This document shows, piece by piece, positions 17,722 to 26,489 of a DNA stretch of 64,000 nt. Source of the stretch: a bacterium (lineage in GTDB: Bacteria > Myxococcota_A > UBA9160 > SZUA-336); assembly GCA_024226335.1 (NCBI GenBank), contig JAAELY010000311.1, positions 18-64,017 on the forward strand. The letters are read 5' to 3'. Positions within the stretch are counted from its first letter, which is position 1, and the number at the start of each line of letters is the position of its first letter. A program made the translations under genes and the position numbers. The notes under the pieces are model-generated. The model saw nothing but the letters and a program-made list of their open reading frames with translations. It searched no databases and was not told the DNA's origin.

Positions 17722-18506
17722 TCCATCATCTCCATGGGCGCCGCATCCGCGGGGGGCGTGGTCAGCGTGTGTTCGACTGCGTCGGCGATAGCCGTTGCGA
17801 TCGCGCGCTGGTGTTTGCCCTGCTTCAGGCGCCTTTCTTCTGCCGGATGGGTCAGGAACCCGATCTCGATCAGGGCTGCCGGCATATTGACTCCCATCAG
17901 CACGACAAAGGGCGCCTGCTTGACGCCTCGACTGTCTCCGGAAAGCGGCGCCAGCTTGCGCTGGATCGCGGATGCGACCCGACTCGAACCGCGCAGATGG
18001 TCGGTGCGAATCAGGTCTCCGAGAATCGATCCGACGATGTCGGCTCCTTCCGGATTCGTGCCTTCCTGTTTGTACACGGCGTTTTCGGTCATGGCCACTC
18101 GCATCGCCTCGGCGTCGCTGGCGTCCAGGGACAGAAAGTAGGACTCGGAGCCGCTCACGCGGGTGTCGGGCGCGGCGTTGGCGTGGATCGAAAGGAAGAG
18201 ATCGGCCTTCGCGCGATTGGCGAGTTGCACGCGCGCGGCCAGCGGCACGAATTCGTCGCGCTCGCGCGTGTAGAACACGACCACGCCCCTCTTTTGCAGA
18301 GCCGAACCCAGAAGATTCGCGACCGAGAGCACCAGTTCCTTTTCAACGAGCCCGGCGCGACCGCGCGCACCCAGGTCGTCGCCGCCGTGACCGGCGTCGA
18401 TCACCACGATCGGAGCCTGCTCGTGATCTCCCTGCTGGCCATAGGCACCCTGAGGGAGGATCGACAGAGCCAGTGTCACGATCGGGATGATGAGGGATGC
18501 TTTCAT
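17718..18506 (-). CDS. N-acetylmuramoyl-L-alanine amidase (Amidase_3)
   Basis: Track ORF is 17718..18647. The internal ATG at 18506 gives signal peptide [23 protein letters not shown]. Motifs: [44 protein letters not shown]. There is a 4-nt overlap with rph. Confidence 0.85.
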   Translation of the reverse strand: MKASLIIPIVTLALSILPQGAYGQQGDHEQAPIVVIDAGHGGDDLGARGRAGLVEKELVLSVANLLGSALQKRGVVVFYTRERDEFVPLAARVQLANRAKADLFLSIHANAAPDTRVSGSESYFLSLDASDAEAMRVAMTENAVYKQEGTNPEGADIVGSILGDLIRTDHLRGSSRVASAIQRKLAPLSGDSRGVKQAPFVVLMGVNMPAALIEIGFLTHPAEERRLKQGKHQRAIATAIADAVEHTLTTPPADAAPMEMME

Positions 18507-18552
18507 GCGCTTCTTCTCGGCCGGGCCCAGCAAAGAACGAAATTCGGCCCGC

Positions 18553-19374
18553 TCAATCGACGCCATCTCGGACGTGAACGACGCGAACGCGTTTGCCCGC
18601 CTTTTTCTTGTGCCGGCCGACCTCGGCCACCTCGCGGAGCGCCTCAAGAGTGTGGATACCTTGCAGTTTGCAGCGGCCGAGCAGTTCGAGCCAGAGGTCG
18701 GCGGTCATTTCCGCGTCACCCAGGGCGCGATGCCGCGCTCGCAACGGAATCGACAGGTGCTGGATCAGCGAGTCGAGTCCGAAACTCGGCGCCCGCACAC
18801 AGCGCCGGGCCAGGCGGACCGAGCAGACGAAATCCGGCAGGGCCGGTTCGCGGCGGTGGTCGCGCCAGGCGCGTTCCAAAAAGGCCCGATCGAACGAAGC
18901 GTTGTGCGCCACCAGGACTTCGACCCGATTGCGCTCGAGAATCTGCGCGAAACGGGCCAGTACGCTCGCTTCTTCGGGAGCTCCGACCAGGAGATCAGTC
19001 GAGATGCCGGTGAGCGAGGTGATGCCGGAAGGCACCTCGGCACCCACGTCGACCAGGGTTTCGAATTTCTCCAGCACGAGAGCGCCCCGGAGCACGACCA
19101 ATCCCACCTCGAGAATACGCGCGTCCGTCGAGGTGCCGGTCGTCTCGAGATCGACCACCCCGAAGACGGTCTCTTCCAGCGCCCTGCCCACGCGCGCGTC
19201 GCGCTCGTCCCGCAGCGTCTGAGACAGCCGGGGCCGGGCCCAGGCGGGCAGGCCCAAATGGGAAGGCACGCGTAGCCAGTCGCGCACGGCCGTCAATGGC
19301 AGTTCTCGCTCCGAGGCCGCTTCGGCGTCGGCACTGGCGCCCGCAGGCGCGACTGATCGTTCGACTCGCCCCAA
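18553..19374 (-). CDS. DnaQ/epsilon-like 3'-5' exonuclease domain protein
   Basis: 273 aa (TTG start): Exo I VVDLETTG, Exo II LVAHNASFDRAFL, Exo III HRALGDAEMTADL. It has an N-terminal extension of about 70 aa and a basic C-terminal tail. Confidence 0.8.
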   Translation of the reverse strand: MGRVERSVAPAGASADAEAASERELPLTAVRDWLRVPSHLGLPAWARPRLSQTLRDERDARVGRALEETVFGVVDLETTGTSTDARILEVGLVVLRGALVLEKFETLVDVGAEVPSGITSLTGISTDLLVGAPEEASVLARFAQILERNRVEVLVAHNASFDRAFLERAWRDHRREPALPDFVCSVRLARRCVRAPSFGLDSLIQHLSIPLRARHRALGDAEMTADLWLELLGRCKLQGIHTLEALREVAEVGRHKKKAGKRVRVVHVRDGVD

Positions 19375-19447
19375 TCCCCCCCCTCTCCTCTCGACCGTAG
19401 CAAGCGACCCGACGATCCTCTACTTTCCGATCTGGAGACGTAAGCAC

Positions 19448-20794
19448 GTGATAACGAACGAGAAAAAGGTGCGGATTCTGCGGGTCATGATCCGCGATCA
19501 GCCGGGGACCCTGGGTCGTCTGACCAAGACCATCGGCGACACGGGCGTGAACATCGGCGACATCGTGCGCGTACGCCTCGCCGGTGAGTACAACGTGCGC
19601 GACATCGAGCTGTACGCGAGCGACGATCAGCAGATCGATGCCATGTACAGGGCCGTGGAACGCCTGGAGGGTGTGCGGATCGAGGAGATCTTCGACCCGG
19701 TGCTCGAAATCCACCGCGGCGGAAAGATCCGCATGCGCAGCACCGTAGCCGTGGAGCGACCCGGCGACGTGCGCATGATCTACACACCGGGCGTCGCGAC
19801 GACCTGCCTGGAGATTCACAGCAACCCGGAGTCGGTCTATGACTACACGGCGCTGGGAAATACGGTTGCGATCGTCACCAACGGCACGGCGATCCTCGGA
19901 CTGGGGAACATCGGCGTGCATGCCGGATTGCCCGTGATGGAAGGCAAGGCGGTGCTCTTCGATCGCCTGACCGGACTCAGCGGAATTCCCATCTTGATTC
20001 CGACGCGCGACGTGAACACATTCGTCGAGACCGTCATCCAGATCTCGCCCTCGTTTGGCGCGATCCAACTCGAAGACATCGCCGCGCCGGAATGCTTCGA
20101 GATCGAGCGCCGCCTGATCTCTCAACTTCCGATCCCGGTCATGCACGACGACCAGCACGGCACGGCCGTGGTGGTGCTGGCCGCGTTGTTAAATGCCACA
20201 CGCATGACCGGCCAGGAACTCGAGAGACTCACCGTCGGGGTCGTCGGACTGGGCGCGGCAGGCATCGGGATCTCGAGACTCCTGCGTTCCTACGGTATCC
20301 GTCGCGTGATCGGCAGCGACCTGAGACGCGACGCGATGGGGCGACTCAATGAACTCGGTGGCGAATCGGGTTCGCTCGACTGGATGATGGCCGAGGCCGA
20401 CGTCGTGGTCGCCACCACGGGTCGACCTGGCTTGATTGCGCCCGAACAAGTGCGCGAGGGCCAGATCATCCTGGCGCTATCGAACCCGAATCCGGAGATC
20501 CGCCCCGAGGTGGCGCGCAATGCAGGGGCGGCATTCGCAGCCGACGGCCGCAGCGTCAATAACGCGCTCGGCTTCCCCGGCATCTTCCGCGGTGCGCTTC
20601 AGGCGCGGGCCAAGACGATCGACGATTCGATGAAGCTCGCAGCGGCCGCCACGATCGCCGACTTTGCGGAACCGGGCGAACTGGTCCCGGCCCTGCTCAA
20701 CCCCGACGTCCACCTGGCCGTGGCCGAAGCCGTCGAAAACGCTGTGCGCGGCGGGGCGGTGGCCGTCGATCCAGAAGAGTGGGGAACTTCGTGA
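19448..20794 (+). CDS. NAD(P)-dependent malic enzyme with N-terminal ACT domain
   Basis: 448 aa (GTG start): ACT-like RILRVMIRDQPGTLGRLTKTIGDTGVNIGDI, then YTPGVA, NGTAILGLGNIGVHAGLPVMEGKAVLF, HDDQHGTAVV, GLGAAGIG. Confidence 0.88.
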   Translation: MITNEKKVRILRVMIRDQPGTLGRLTKTIGDTGVNIGDIVRVRLAGEYNVRDIELYASDDQQIDAMYRAVERLEGVRIEEIFDPVLEIHRGGKIRMRSTVAVERPGDVRMIYTPGVATTCLEIHSNPESVYDYTALGNTVAIVTNGTAILGLGNIGVHAGLPVMEGKAVLFDRLTGLSGIPILIPTRDVNTFVETVIQISPSFGAIQLEDIAAPECFEIERRLISQLPIPVMHDDQHGTAVVVLAALLNATRMTGQELERLTVGVVGLGAAGIGISRLLRSYGIRRVIGSDLRRDAMGRLNELGGESGSLDWMMAEADVVVATTGRPGLIAPEQVREGQIILALSNPNPEIRPEVARNAGAAFAADGRSVNNALGFPGIFRGALQARAKTIDDSMKLAAAATIADFAEPGELVPALLNPDVHLAVAEAVENAVRGGAVAVDPEEWGTS

Positions 20795-22098
20795 CTCGCG
20801 CGCTCTGCCTCGCACTGGCGCTCGTGCTCAGCGCGCTCCCCGTTGTCACGCGGGCGGACGAACCCGATCTTCAACTAGAAATCTTCTCTCCGGCTTCGGG
20901 TGCGGTGATCGGCGATCCCGGAGGCATGGCCTTCGTTTCGGGCAAGGCGCTGGCGTTGTTCGGCGCCTACCAGGCGTTCGACATCATGTTCGTGATCGAT
21001 ACGTCCGAGAGCACGGCGGCGCCCTCCGGTGCCGACGTGGACGGCGACGGTGCAGTGGGTGAGCGACGCGGTGCAAAATTCCTGTCGATTTTCGGCAAAC
21101 TACTACCGCTGCCCAATAGCGATCGCGGCGACAGCATCCTGGCCGCAGAGATCGAAGCCGTGCACACCATGCTCGATCAACTCGACCCGCGCACGACGCG
21201 CGTGGGCATCGTGGCCTTTTCCGGCGACCACGACCCGCTCACGCCCGATGGCTACACGGAAGTCCCGCTGACCACTGACTTCCGCAAGGTCGCAGATGGC
21301 CTGGAAAACATTTTGGACCGGGGTCCGGGCGGGCTGACCAATATGGTGACTGCCGTCAACCTGGCAACTAGCGAACTGATGGGCATGCAGAGCGCCTTCA
21401 GTGAAAAGCGTGAGCATGCCAAGCGCATCATGATGTTCCTGACCGACGGCTTTCCCACGCTGCCAATAGAGGGTCAAAGGCTCCGAAACGCGAAGATGGC
21501 AATCAGGCACGCGGTGCAGGCGTCCAAGCTGAACATCCGCATCGACACCTTCGCGATCGGCGAGGACGCGTTGTCGGAACCCGTAGTCGTCGTCGAGATG
21601 GCGCGCGTGAGCGACGGAGTGTTCACTCCGGTGCTCCACCCTCAGAACCTGCAGACCGTGTTCGAGGAAGTGAACTTCGCCGAAGTCGAGGCGCTCGAGA
21701 TCCGCAACCGCACCACGAAAAAGATGGCGGCCTACCAGCTTCAGAACGCCGACGGAACCTTCTCGGGACTGGTTCCGGTTCAACCGGGTCGCAACACCCT
21801 GGAAGTCTACGTCCGCGCCACCGACGGAACGGAATCGAGGCGATCGGTGACAGTCAACTTCATGAGCGACGCTACGCCACAGGAACTGGGTCCGCGCGAT
21901 CGAACGATGCGCAACCGGCTCATGGAAAATCGACTGCTCGATCTCCAGCAACGTCGACTCGAGATCGAAACTGATCGCGACGAGCAGATGCGCAAGGATC
22001 TGAAGGCCGAGATCGAGGCCGAACGGGAAAAGGCGCGCAAGCGCTCAGAGGCGCTGCGCAAACAGCTGCAGATTCAGGTCGAAGAAAAGACCAAGTAG
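20791..22098 (+). CDS. Secreted von Willebrand factor A (VWA) domain protein with C-terminal coiled coil
   Basis: Track ORF is 20779..22098. The GTG at 20791 overlaps the malic-enzyme stop (GTGA). Signal peptide TRALCLALALVLSALPVVTRA; MIDAS FVIDTSES; a DVDGDGAVG Ca-loop-like insert; IVAFSG...FLTDGFPT. The C-terminal 70 aa are charged heptad-like (RLLDLQQRRLEIETDRDEQMRKDLKAEIEAEREKARKR). Confidence 0.8.
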   Translation: MTRALCLALALVLSALPVVTRADEPDLQLEIFSPASGAVIGDPGGMAFVSGKALALFGAYQAFDIMFVIDTSESTAAPSGADVDGDGAVGERRGAKFLSIFGKLLPLPNSDRGDSILAAEIEAVHTMLDQLDPRTTRVGIVAFSGDHDPLTPDGYTEVPLTTDFRKVADGLENILDRGPGGLTNMVTAVNLATSELMGMQSAFSEKREHAKRIMMFLTDGFPTLPIEGQRLRNAKMAIRHAVQASKLNIRIDTFAIGEDALSEPVVVVEMARVSDGVFTPVLHPQNLQTVFEEVNFAEVEALEIRNRTTKKMAAYQLQNADGTFSGLVPVQPGRNTLEVYVRATDGTESRRSVTVNFMSDATPQELGPRDRTMRNRLMENRLLDLQQRRLEIETDRDEQMRKDLKAEIEAEREKARKRSEALRKQLQIQVEEKTK

Positions 22099-22108
22099 AA
22101 GTAGCCGG

Positions 22109-22125
22109 GACTCCGGTCCGGAGTC
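22109..22125. terminator. Hairpin between convergent VWA and YkgJ-like genes
   Basis: GACTCCGG-t-CCGGAGTC palindrome, 10 nt after the VWA stop and overlapping the YkgJ-like stop codon. Confidence 0.4.
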
Positions 22126-22684
22126 AGGCCTGCTGCTGGGGCCGCGAAAGCTCGGAAGCGAGCTTCTGGGTCGATTCTTCCTTCGAGGCCTCGGCCCGTT
22201 TCACCAGCATCTTCTTGCGCCGCTTGTTGTAGGTATCCAGGGCCTTCGGGCGCTTCTTCTGCATCCAATCGATCAGGTCGGCGTAGGTGTTGAAGTAGTA
22301 CTTCCAGGCGCGTTCTTCCGAACTCTTCTCGCACTCATGCCAGGAGAACTCTTCGCAGATCTTTGGACGTTCCTCGTAGATTCCGCAGGTCTTGCTCTCC
22401 GTGATGTGCTCACACTCGGAGCGGAACTCGATGAACCAGTCGTTCTCGTCGTCGATGTAGACGGAGATGTTCTTGTGCGTGAGGTACCAGTGGATGTTCT
22501 CGTAATCCGCAAACGTGGAGGGGTCGTCGATCTCGGTCGCGATGTAACTGCAACAATCTCCGCAATCGCGACACGGATGGGCTCCCGGCAAGTTGATGAG
22601 AGGCAGTTCGAGCGACTCGACGTCTTCACTCACGCCACTGACTCGCGCGCTACCGTTCTGGAGCTTCTTTTCGTTCTTCGACAT
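22124..22684 (-). CDS. YkgJ-family Cys-cluster (CxxCxxCC) putative metal-binding protein with basic C-terminal tail
   Basis: 186 aa: PCRDCGDCCSYI signature, further Cys (CEH..., CGIYEERPKICEEF). The C-terminus is Lys/Arg-rich. The gene looks less GC-rich than its neighbours (by eye). GGGGGAAG precedes the ATG. Confidence 0.7.
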   Translation of the reverse strand: MSKNEKKLQNGSARVSGVSEDVESLELPLINLPGAHPCRDCGDCCSYIATEIDDPSTFADYENIHWYLTHKNISVYIDDENDWFIEFRSECEHITESKTCGIYEERPKICEEFSWHECEKSSEERAWKYYFNTYADLIDWMQKKRPKALDTYNKRRKKMLVKRAEASKEESTQKLASELSRPQQQA

Positions 22685-22729
22685 CTTCCCCCCTGGAACT
22701 CCTAGACCGGCGACTGTATAGCCCAGGAA

Positions 22730-23584
22730 TCAGGCTTTTTCCCCGTCGATTCGCGGTCGGCCCCAGAAAGAAACGGGCAGATCGAACTTCAGGAAGTTCT
22801 CGATCCGATTCTCACGCGTCAGCGCCAGCGCAGCCCAGTCGCTCGAGCTCTCGTGAACCGCGCGAATGCGTTCTTCCACCGTCAGGAATGCCACCTGGGC
22901 CGGACTCTCGAGCACCTTGCGCGCCGTGAGCCTGCGGCCGAGTTCCACACCGCAACGCTGCTCCAACGCGACGGCGGCGCGCAACGCCGGCGGGGGATCG
23001 TCTTCGGGCTCGCCCAGGAGTCGTTGACCAAACCAGGGCAGCAGGATTTCACACCAGGAAGGCTCGTCGAGCGGCCCGCGCGCGAGTTCGCCGTTGTCGA
23101 GATCGGAGAACTCCATCGCGGCCGCGCGGCGCAGACAAGCCTCTCGTTTGCGCTCGGCCTCTTCCAGCCGACGCTCCAGGCGCCCGATATTCAAGCGAGC
23201 GCGCAGTTCTTCCCAGTACTCGGGCAAATGGGCCAGCCAGCTATCGGGCGGCTCCACCAGTGTGGTATCGGGCGGCTCGCGGTTGATGCGCGCCCGCATA
23301 CGTTCCCAGGCGTGGGCGTTGAGGGAGATGCGACCGTAGTGGATCGTGACCCAGCGCTGCGGCCGCGCGCGATCCAGCAGGCCGACCCGTGTCCAGATCT
23401 CGACGAGGCTGCGTTCAATCGGCCTCTGCAGCCGAGACCACATGGAAGGCGTCGCGATCTCGTCGAGCGGATAGGTCAGCGGTACCCGGGTTTGCCCGGG
23501 ATAGACAGCATCCGGAGGAGTGGTTGTTGGATAGGCCGGGTCCGGAGGGGACTCGGCTTCCAGAGGATTCGGAGCCAGCGCCAT
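22730..23584 (-). CDS. Hypothetical protein (Pro-rich N-terminus; possible relation to substrate-binding domain of PEP-synthase/rifampicin-phosphotransferase-like enzymes)
   Basis: 284-aa ORF with coding-like composition and no signal peptide. Patterns ...EIATPSMWS..., ...IHYGRISLNAHAW..., ...LGRRLTARKVLESPAQVAFLTVEE... recall that family. This is a memory-based impression only. Confidence 0.5.
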   Translation of the reverse strand: MALAPNPLEAESPPDPAYPTTTPPDAVYPGQTRVPLTYPLDEIATPSMWSRLQRPIERSLVEIWTRVGLLDRARPQRWVTIHYGRISLNAHAWERMRARINREPPDTTLVEPPDSWLAHLPEYWEELRARLNIGRLERRLEEAERKREACLRRAAAMEFSDLDNGELARGPLDEPSWCEILLPWFGQRLLGEPEDDPPPALRAAVALEQRCGVELGRRLTARKVLESPAQVAFLTVEERIRAVHESSSDWAALALTRENRIENFLKFDLPVSFWGRPRIDGEKA

Positions 23585-23593
23585 GCCCGGATT

Positions 23594-23619
23594 GTAGACG
23601 ACGCTGGGCGCGCGTCTAC
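23594..23619. other. Hairpin 10 nt upstream of the hypothetical gene start
   Basis: GTAGACG-N12-CGTCTAC, between the BTLCP-2 stop (23655) and the next start (23584). Confidence 0.35.
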
Positions 23620-23654
23620 AGCATTTCGTGCAGAAGCGAGAAGATCTCCGTCGG

Positions 23655-24341
23655 TCAGCGGTCCGAGACGGCGTCCGCGACTGCGAGGCGGCTTTCCTCG
23701 ACGTTGAAATGCGCCGCCTCGTCGAAGAGTTCGATCGGCTCCCAGCCCGGAACCTCGGCCAGACGGACCATCTTCGAGGTGACCACTCCGGTCGGATCGA
23801 GCACCCAGGGGTCGCTCTCCGCTCCCTCTTCGAACCAGAGCGTGACCATGTGGTGCTGGCCGGAGTTCTGCTCGACGACGATGGCGCGGTAGATCTCGCT
23901 TTCCTGGAAACCCAGGCGGCGCAGGAGAACGAAGGTCAGCAGATCCAGGCCGTCACAGTCATCGCCCCCAGCCTCGACGACTTCTCCGAGTGTCGCCCAG
24001 TGATCCTGATCACCATCTGGCCGATAGTAACGACGGCTGTGCTCCTGAACCCAGCTCACGGTCTCGTTCGCCACCTTGCGGCGGATATTGGCGGCGAACT
24101 GATCGTACTCGCGCGACAGCTTTGAACTGGCGCGCGGATCCTCGCCCCGGTTGACCGGATCGAGATGGTGGCGGGCTTGCCAGTTCTCGATCTTCTGCTT
24201 CCAGGGATTGTCCGGCGGAGCTGGCGTGAAGAAGTTCAGCGAAACAGGCGGCAACGAACCCGGGTTCGTAGCGCAGGAGAGGAAGCACAACGCGACTAGT
24301 GCAGTCGCGTATCCCAGTGTACGCAATTCAATACTCCTCAC
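23655..24341 (-). CDS. Lipoprotein-like transglutaminase-like cysteine peptidase, BTLCP/LapG family (paralogue 2)
   Basis: 228 aa (GTG start). Signal peptide ...TALVALCFLSCATN (lipobox-like). The core GGDDCDGLDLLTF...EIYRAIVV...QHHMVTLWF...WVLDPTGVVT is nearly block-identical to the 3100..3750 protein. Confidence 0.75.
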   Translation of the reverse strand: MRSIELRTLGYATALVALCFLSCATNPGSLPPVSLNFFTPAPPDNPWKQKIENWQARHHLDPVNRGEDPRASSKLSREYDQFAANIRRKVANETVSWVQEHSRRYYRPDGDQDHWATLGEVVEAGGDDCDGLDLLTFVLLRRLGFQESEIYRAIVVEQNSGQHHMVTLWFEEGAESDPWVLDPTGVVTSKMVRLAEVPGWEPIELFDEAAHFNVEESRLAVADAVSDR

Positions 24342-24393
24342 GTCTCGCTTACAGCCGCCTCCAGAAAGCAGGATCGGCCGGGTTTTGGCGGGA

Positions 24394-24407
24394 CTTGAGC
24401 AGTCGGA
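24394..24407. repeat. Direct repeat copy 1 (CTTGAGCAGTCGGA)
   Basis: 13/14 identical to 24492..24505. Both copies lie in the 172-bp spacer between the beta-barrel gene and BTLCP-2. Confidence 0.6.
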
Positions 24408-24491
24408 GCACTAGAGCGGTATTGGAATCCGGGCTTTGTACGACACCGGGGTCGAATACGTGTTGCACACGACATTCGAGAAACGAAATGG

Positions 24492-24505
24492 CTTCAGCAG
24501 TCGGA
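24492..24505. repeat. Direct repeat copy 2 (CTTCAGCAGTCGGA)
   Basis: See copy 1. The copies are spaced 98 bp apart. Confidence 0.6.
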
Positions 24506-24513
24506 AACTCTCG

Positions 24514-25788
24514 CTAGAAGTACGCGTCCAACTGGATGATCAGCAGATTTGGCTGATCGCCGTACTCGCTATTGCTTCCGCTTCCGAGAAAGAACTGTCC
24601 ACCCACAGTCAGGTCCAGATCGGACCGCAGCTGGTAGCTGAGCGTCGGCACGAAGGCCTCACTGGGTCCATGCCAGTCGTGGAGCCACAACAGGTCGGCG
24701 CGCAACAGTGGGGTCAGGTCGTATCCCACAGCGACACCTGTACGATTGCGAACACGCGAGGTCAGGCGCGTCGTGTTGATGGCTTCGCTGAATCCGGGGG
24801 TTGCCAGGAGAAGCGAGAGTCCGGCCTCCGGCGAGGTGCCGGGCGGAACCCCGCCGAATGTGACCCCTGTCACGAGGTTCTCGTTGAAAAAGTGTTCGAC
24901 CAGAAAGTACAGGCCTGTACCCAGGCCGAAGGTGTAGTCGAGCGACGCCACCACCTGCCAGACCCGCCCACCGGCGAATAGATCGGTGTAGGTGGCCTCA
25001 CCGCGAACGGCCGCATCCCTCACCGTGGCGGCAAAGTCTGCACCGAAGGTGTAGTCCCGCTGGATGCGGGCCACCATGAGTGCGCCGTCGACTTCCGTGC
25101 GACTGATTTCCAGGCGCGCCGCGATCCGGTGCTCGTCGGGATCATCCTGGGGCGACCAGATCAACTCGGACCAGAGGTTCGAACTCAGGCGTACGCGCGC
25201 GACGGCCGCGTCCTGGCCGAGGCGCTGATCGCCTTCGATCGCCAGGGCTGGAATCGGATTGAACAGATCGGTGGGATTCCAGAGCCGGCCACGCCCCAGG
25301 GCGATGCGTTGGCGTCCGATCTTCAGATCGAAGTTCTTGCTCTCATAGCGCAACCAACCCCGATAGAGCCGATGCCGCCAGAAGAAGCGATCGTGATCCG
25401 AGATCGTCTGGTCGGCGTCATTCCACGTGCCGTCACCCAGGCGCCTGCCCAGCGCGAAACCGAGTGTATCCAGTCCGCTGCCGGTACGGATCTCGTTGTC
25501 GTACACGATCTGCCCGGCCAGCCAGTCACCGTACGCAGCTTCCAGGTTCACGCGGCCACGCGTGAGCAGCCTGGCGGTATCTCGGCCATGTGTCGAACTG
25601 TGCTGAGCCACACCCTGAATCACACCGGGAAACACGGCATCGGTGTGCAGATCGCGTGTGAACGTGTACAGAGCGCGCAGATGCCCATCGAGTTCCACGC
25701 GGAGATCCCCGCGATCGAACTCTGCTGCGGCGACGGGGCCGGTCAGGGCACTGACCAGTAGCCACCCGGCGAGCCCGCGCAGGCTCAC
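24514..25788 (-). CDS. Outer-membrane beta-barrel protein (alginate-export/porin-like)
   Basis: 424 aa. Signal peptide MSLRGLAGWLLVSALTGPVAAA; alternating amphipathic strands; LKIGRQRIALGRGRLWNPTDLFNP motif; C-terminal ...IIQLDAYF (terminal Phe). The start overlaps the ATPase stop by 4 nt. Confidence 0.75.
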   Translation of the reverse strand: MSLRGLAGWLLVSALTGPVAAAEFDRGDLRVELDGHLRALYTFTRDLHTDAVFPGVIQGVAQHSSTHGRDTARLLTRGRVNLEAAYGDWLAGQIVYDNEIRTGSGLDTLGFALGRRLGDGTWNDADQTISDHDRFFWRHRLYRGWLRYESKNFDLKIGRQRIALGRGRLWNPTDLFNPIPALAIEGDQRLGQDAAVARVRLSSNLWSELIWSPQDDPDEHRIAARLEISRTEVDGALMVARIQRDYTFGADFAATVRDAAVRGEATYTDLFAGGRVWQVVASLDYTFGLGTGLYFLVEHFFNENLVTGVTFGGVPPGTSPEAGLSLLLATPGFSEAINTTRLTSRVRNRTGVAVGYDLTPLLRADLLWLHDWHGPSEAFVPTLSYQLRSDLDLTVGGQFFLGSGSNSEYGDQPNLLIIQLDAYF

Positions 25789-26480
25789 GACTCGCGCCGC
25801 TCCTCGCGATCGATCTGGCCATCGACCAGATGCACGTTGCGACGTGCACGAGTCATGACGCGGGGATCGTGAGTACTGAAGAGAAAAGTCACACTGCGCT
25901 CCTGGTTCATGCGCAGCATCAGATCGAGCAAAGACTCGGCCGTCCGAGAGTCCAGATTCGCGGTGGGTTCATCGGCCAGTACGATTTCGGGTTGCGATAC
26001 GATCGCGCGCGCGACGGCCACGCGTTGTTGCTGACCTCCGCTCATCTCGTTCGGTCGCTTGTGCAGAAGATCACCCAGGCCCAGTTGATCGAGAGACTCG
26101 CTCGCCCGTTCTCGTCGCTCCGTGCGTGACATCCCCTGCAGCAGCAATACGAACTCGACGTTCTCGAGCGACGACAGGACCGGCACCAGGTTGTACGCCT
26201 GGAAGATGAATCCGATCTTCTCGAGCCGGAGTTCCGACTTTTCGGCTTCCGACATTTCGGTGGTGTCGGCCCCACACACGAGCACGCGGCCGTCGGTCGG
26301 GCAATCCAGGGTGCCCAGCAGATTGAGCAAAGTGGTCTTACCCGAACCCGAAGGGCCCGATAGTGTGGAGAACTCACCGGTTTCTACTGCCAGTGAGACT
26401 TTGTTCAACGCGGTCGTTTCGACCTCGCCGGCCACATAGATCTTGGTGACCCCAATCGCTTCCAGAACGGTATCGGACAT
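25785..26480 (-). CDS. ABC transporter ATP-binding protein (LolD/MacB type)
   Basis: 231 aa: Walker A GPSGSGKTT, signature LSGGQQQRVAVARA, Walker B IVLADEPT. Confidence 0.92.
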   Translation of the reverse strand: MSDTVLEAIGVTKIYVAGEVETTALNKVSLAVETGEFSTLSGPSGSGKTTLLNLLGTLDCPTDGRVLVCGADTTEMSEAEKSELRLEKIGFIFQAYNLVPVLSSLENVEFVLLLQGMSRTERRERASESLDQLGLGDLLHKRPNEMSGGQQQRVAVARAIVSQPEIVLADEPTANLDSRTAESLLDLMLRMNQERSVTFLFSTHDPRVMTRARRNVHLVDGQIDREERRES

Positions 26481-26489
26481 GATGAACTC

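Noticed and set aside
17427-19013. 528-aa + strand ORF
   Set aside because: It is antisense to rph, the amidase and the exonuclease genes. The composition is Arg/Pro/Gly-rich and low-complexity, with no motifs.
21001-21030. STAAPS in the VWA protein as a LapG-type TAAG cleavage site
   Set aside because: It is only a partial resemblance (TAAP, not TAAG) and lies within the MIDAS loop. That is insufficient to claim a substrate relationship.
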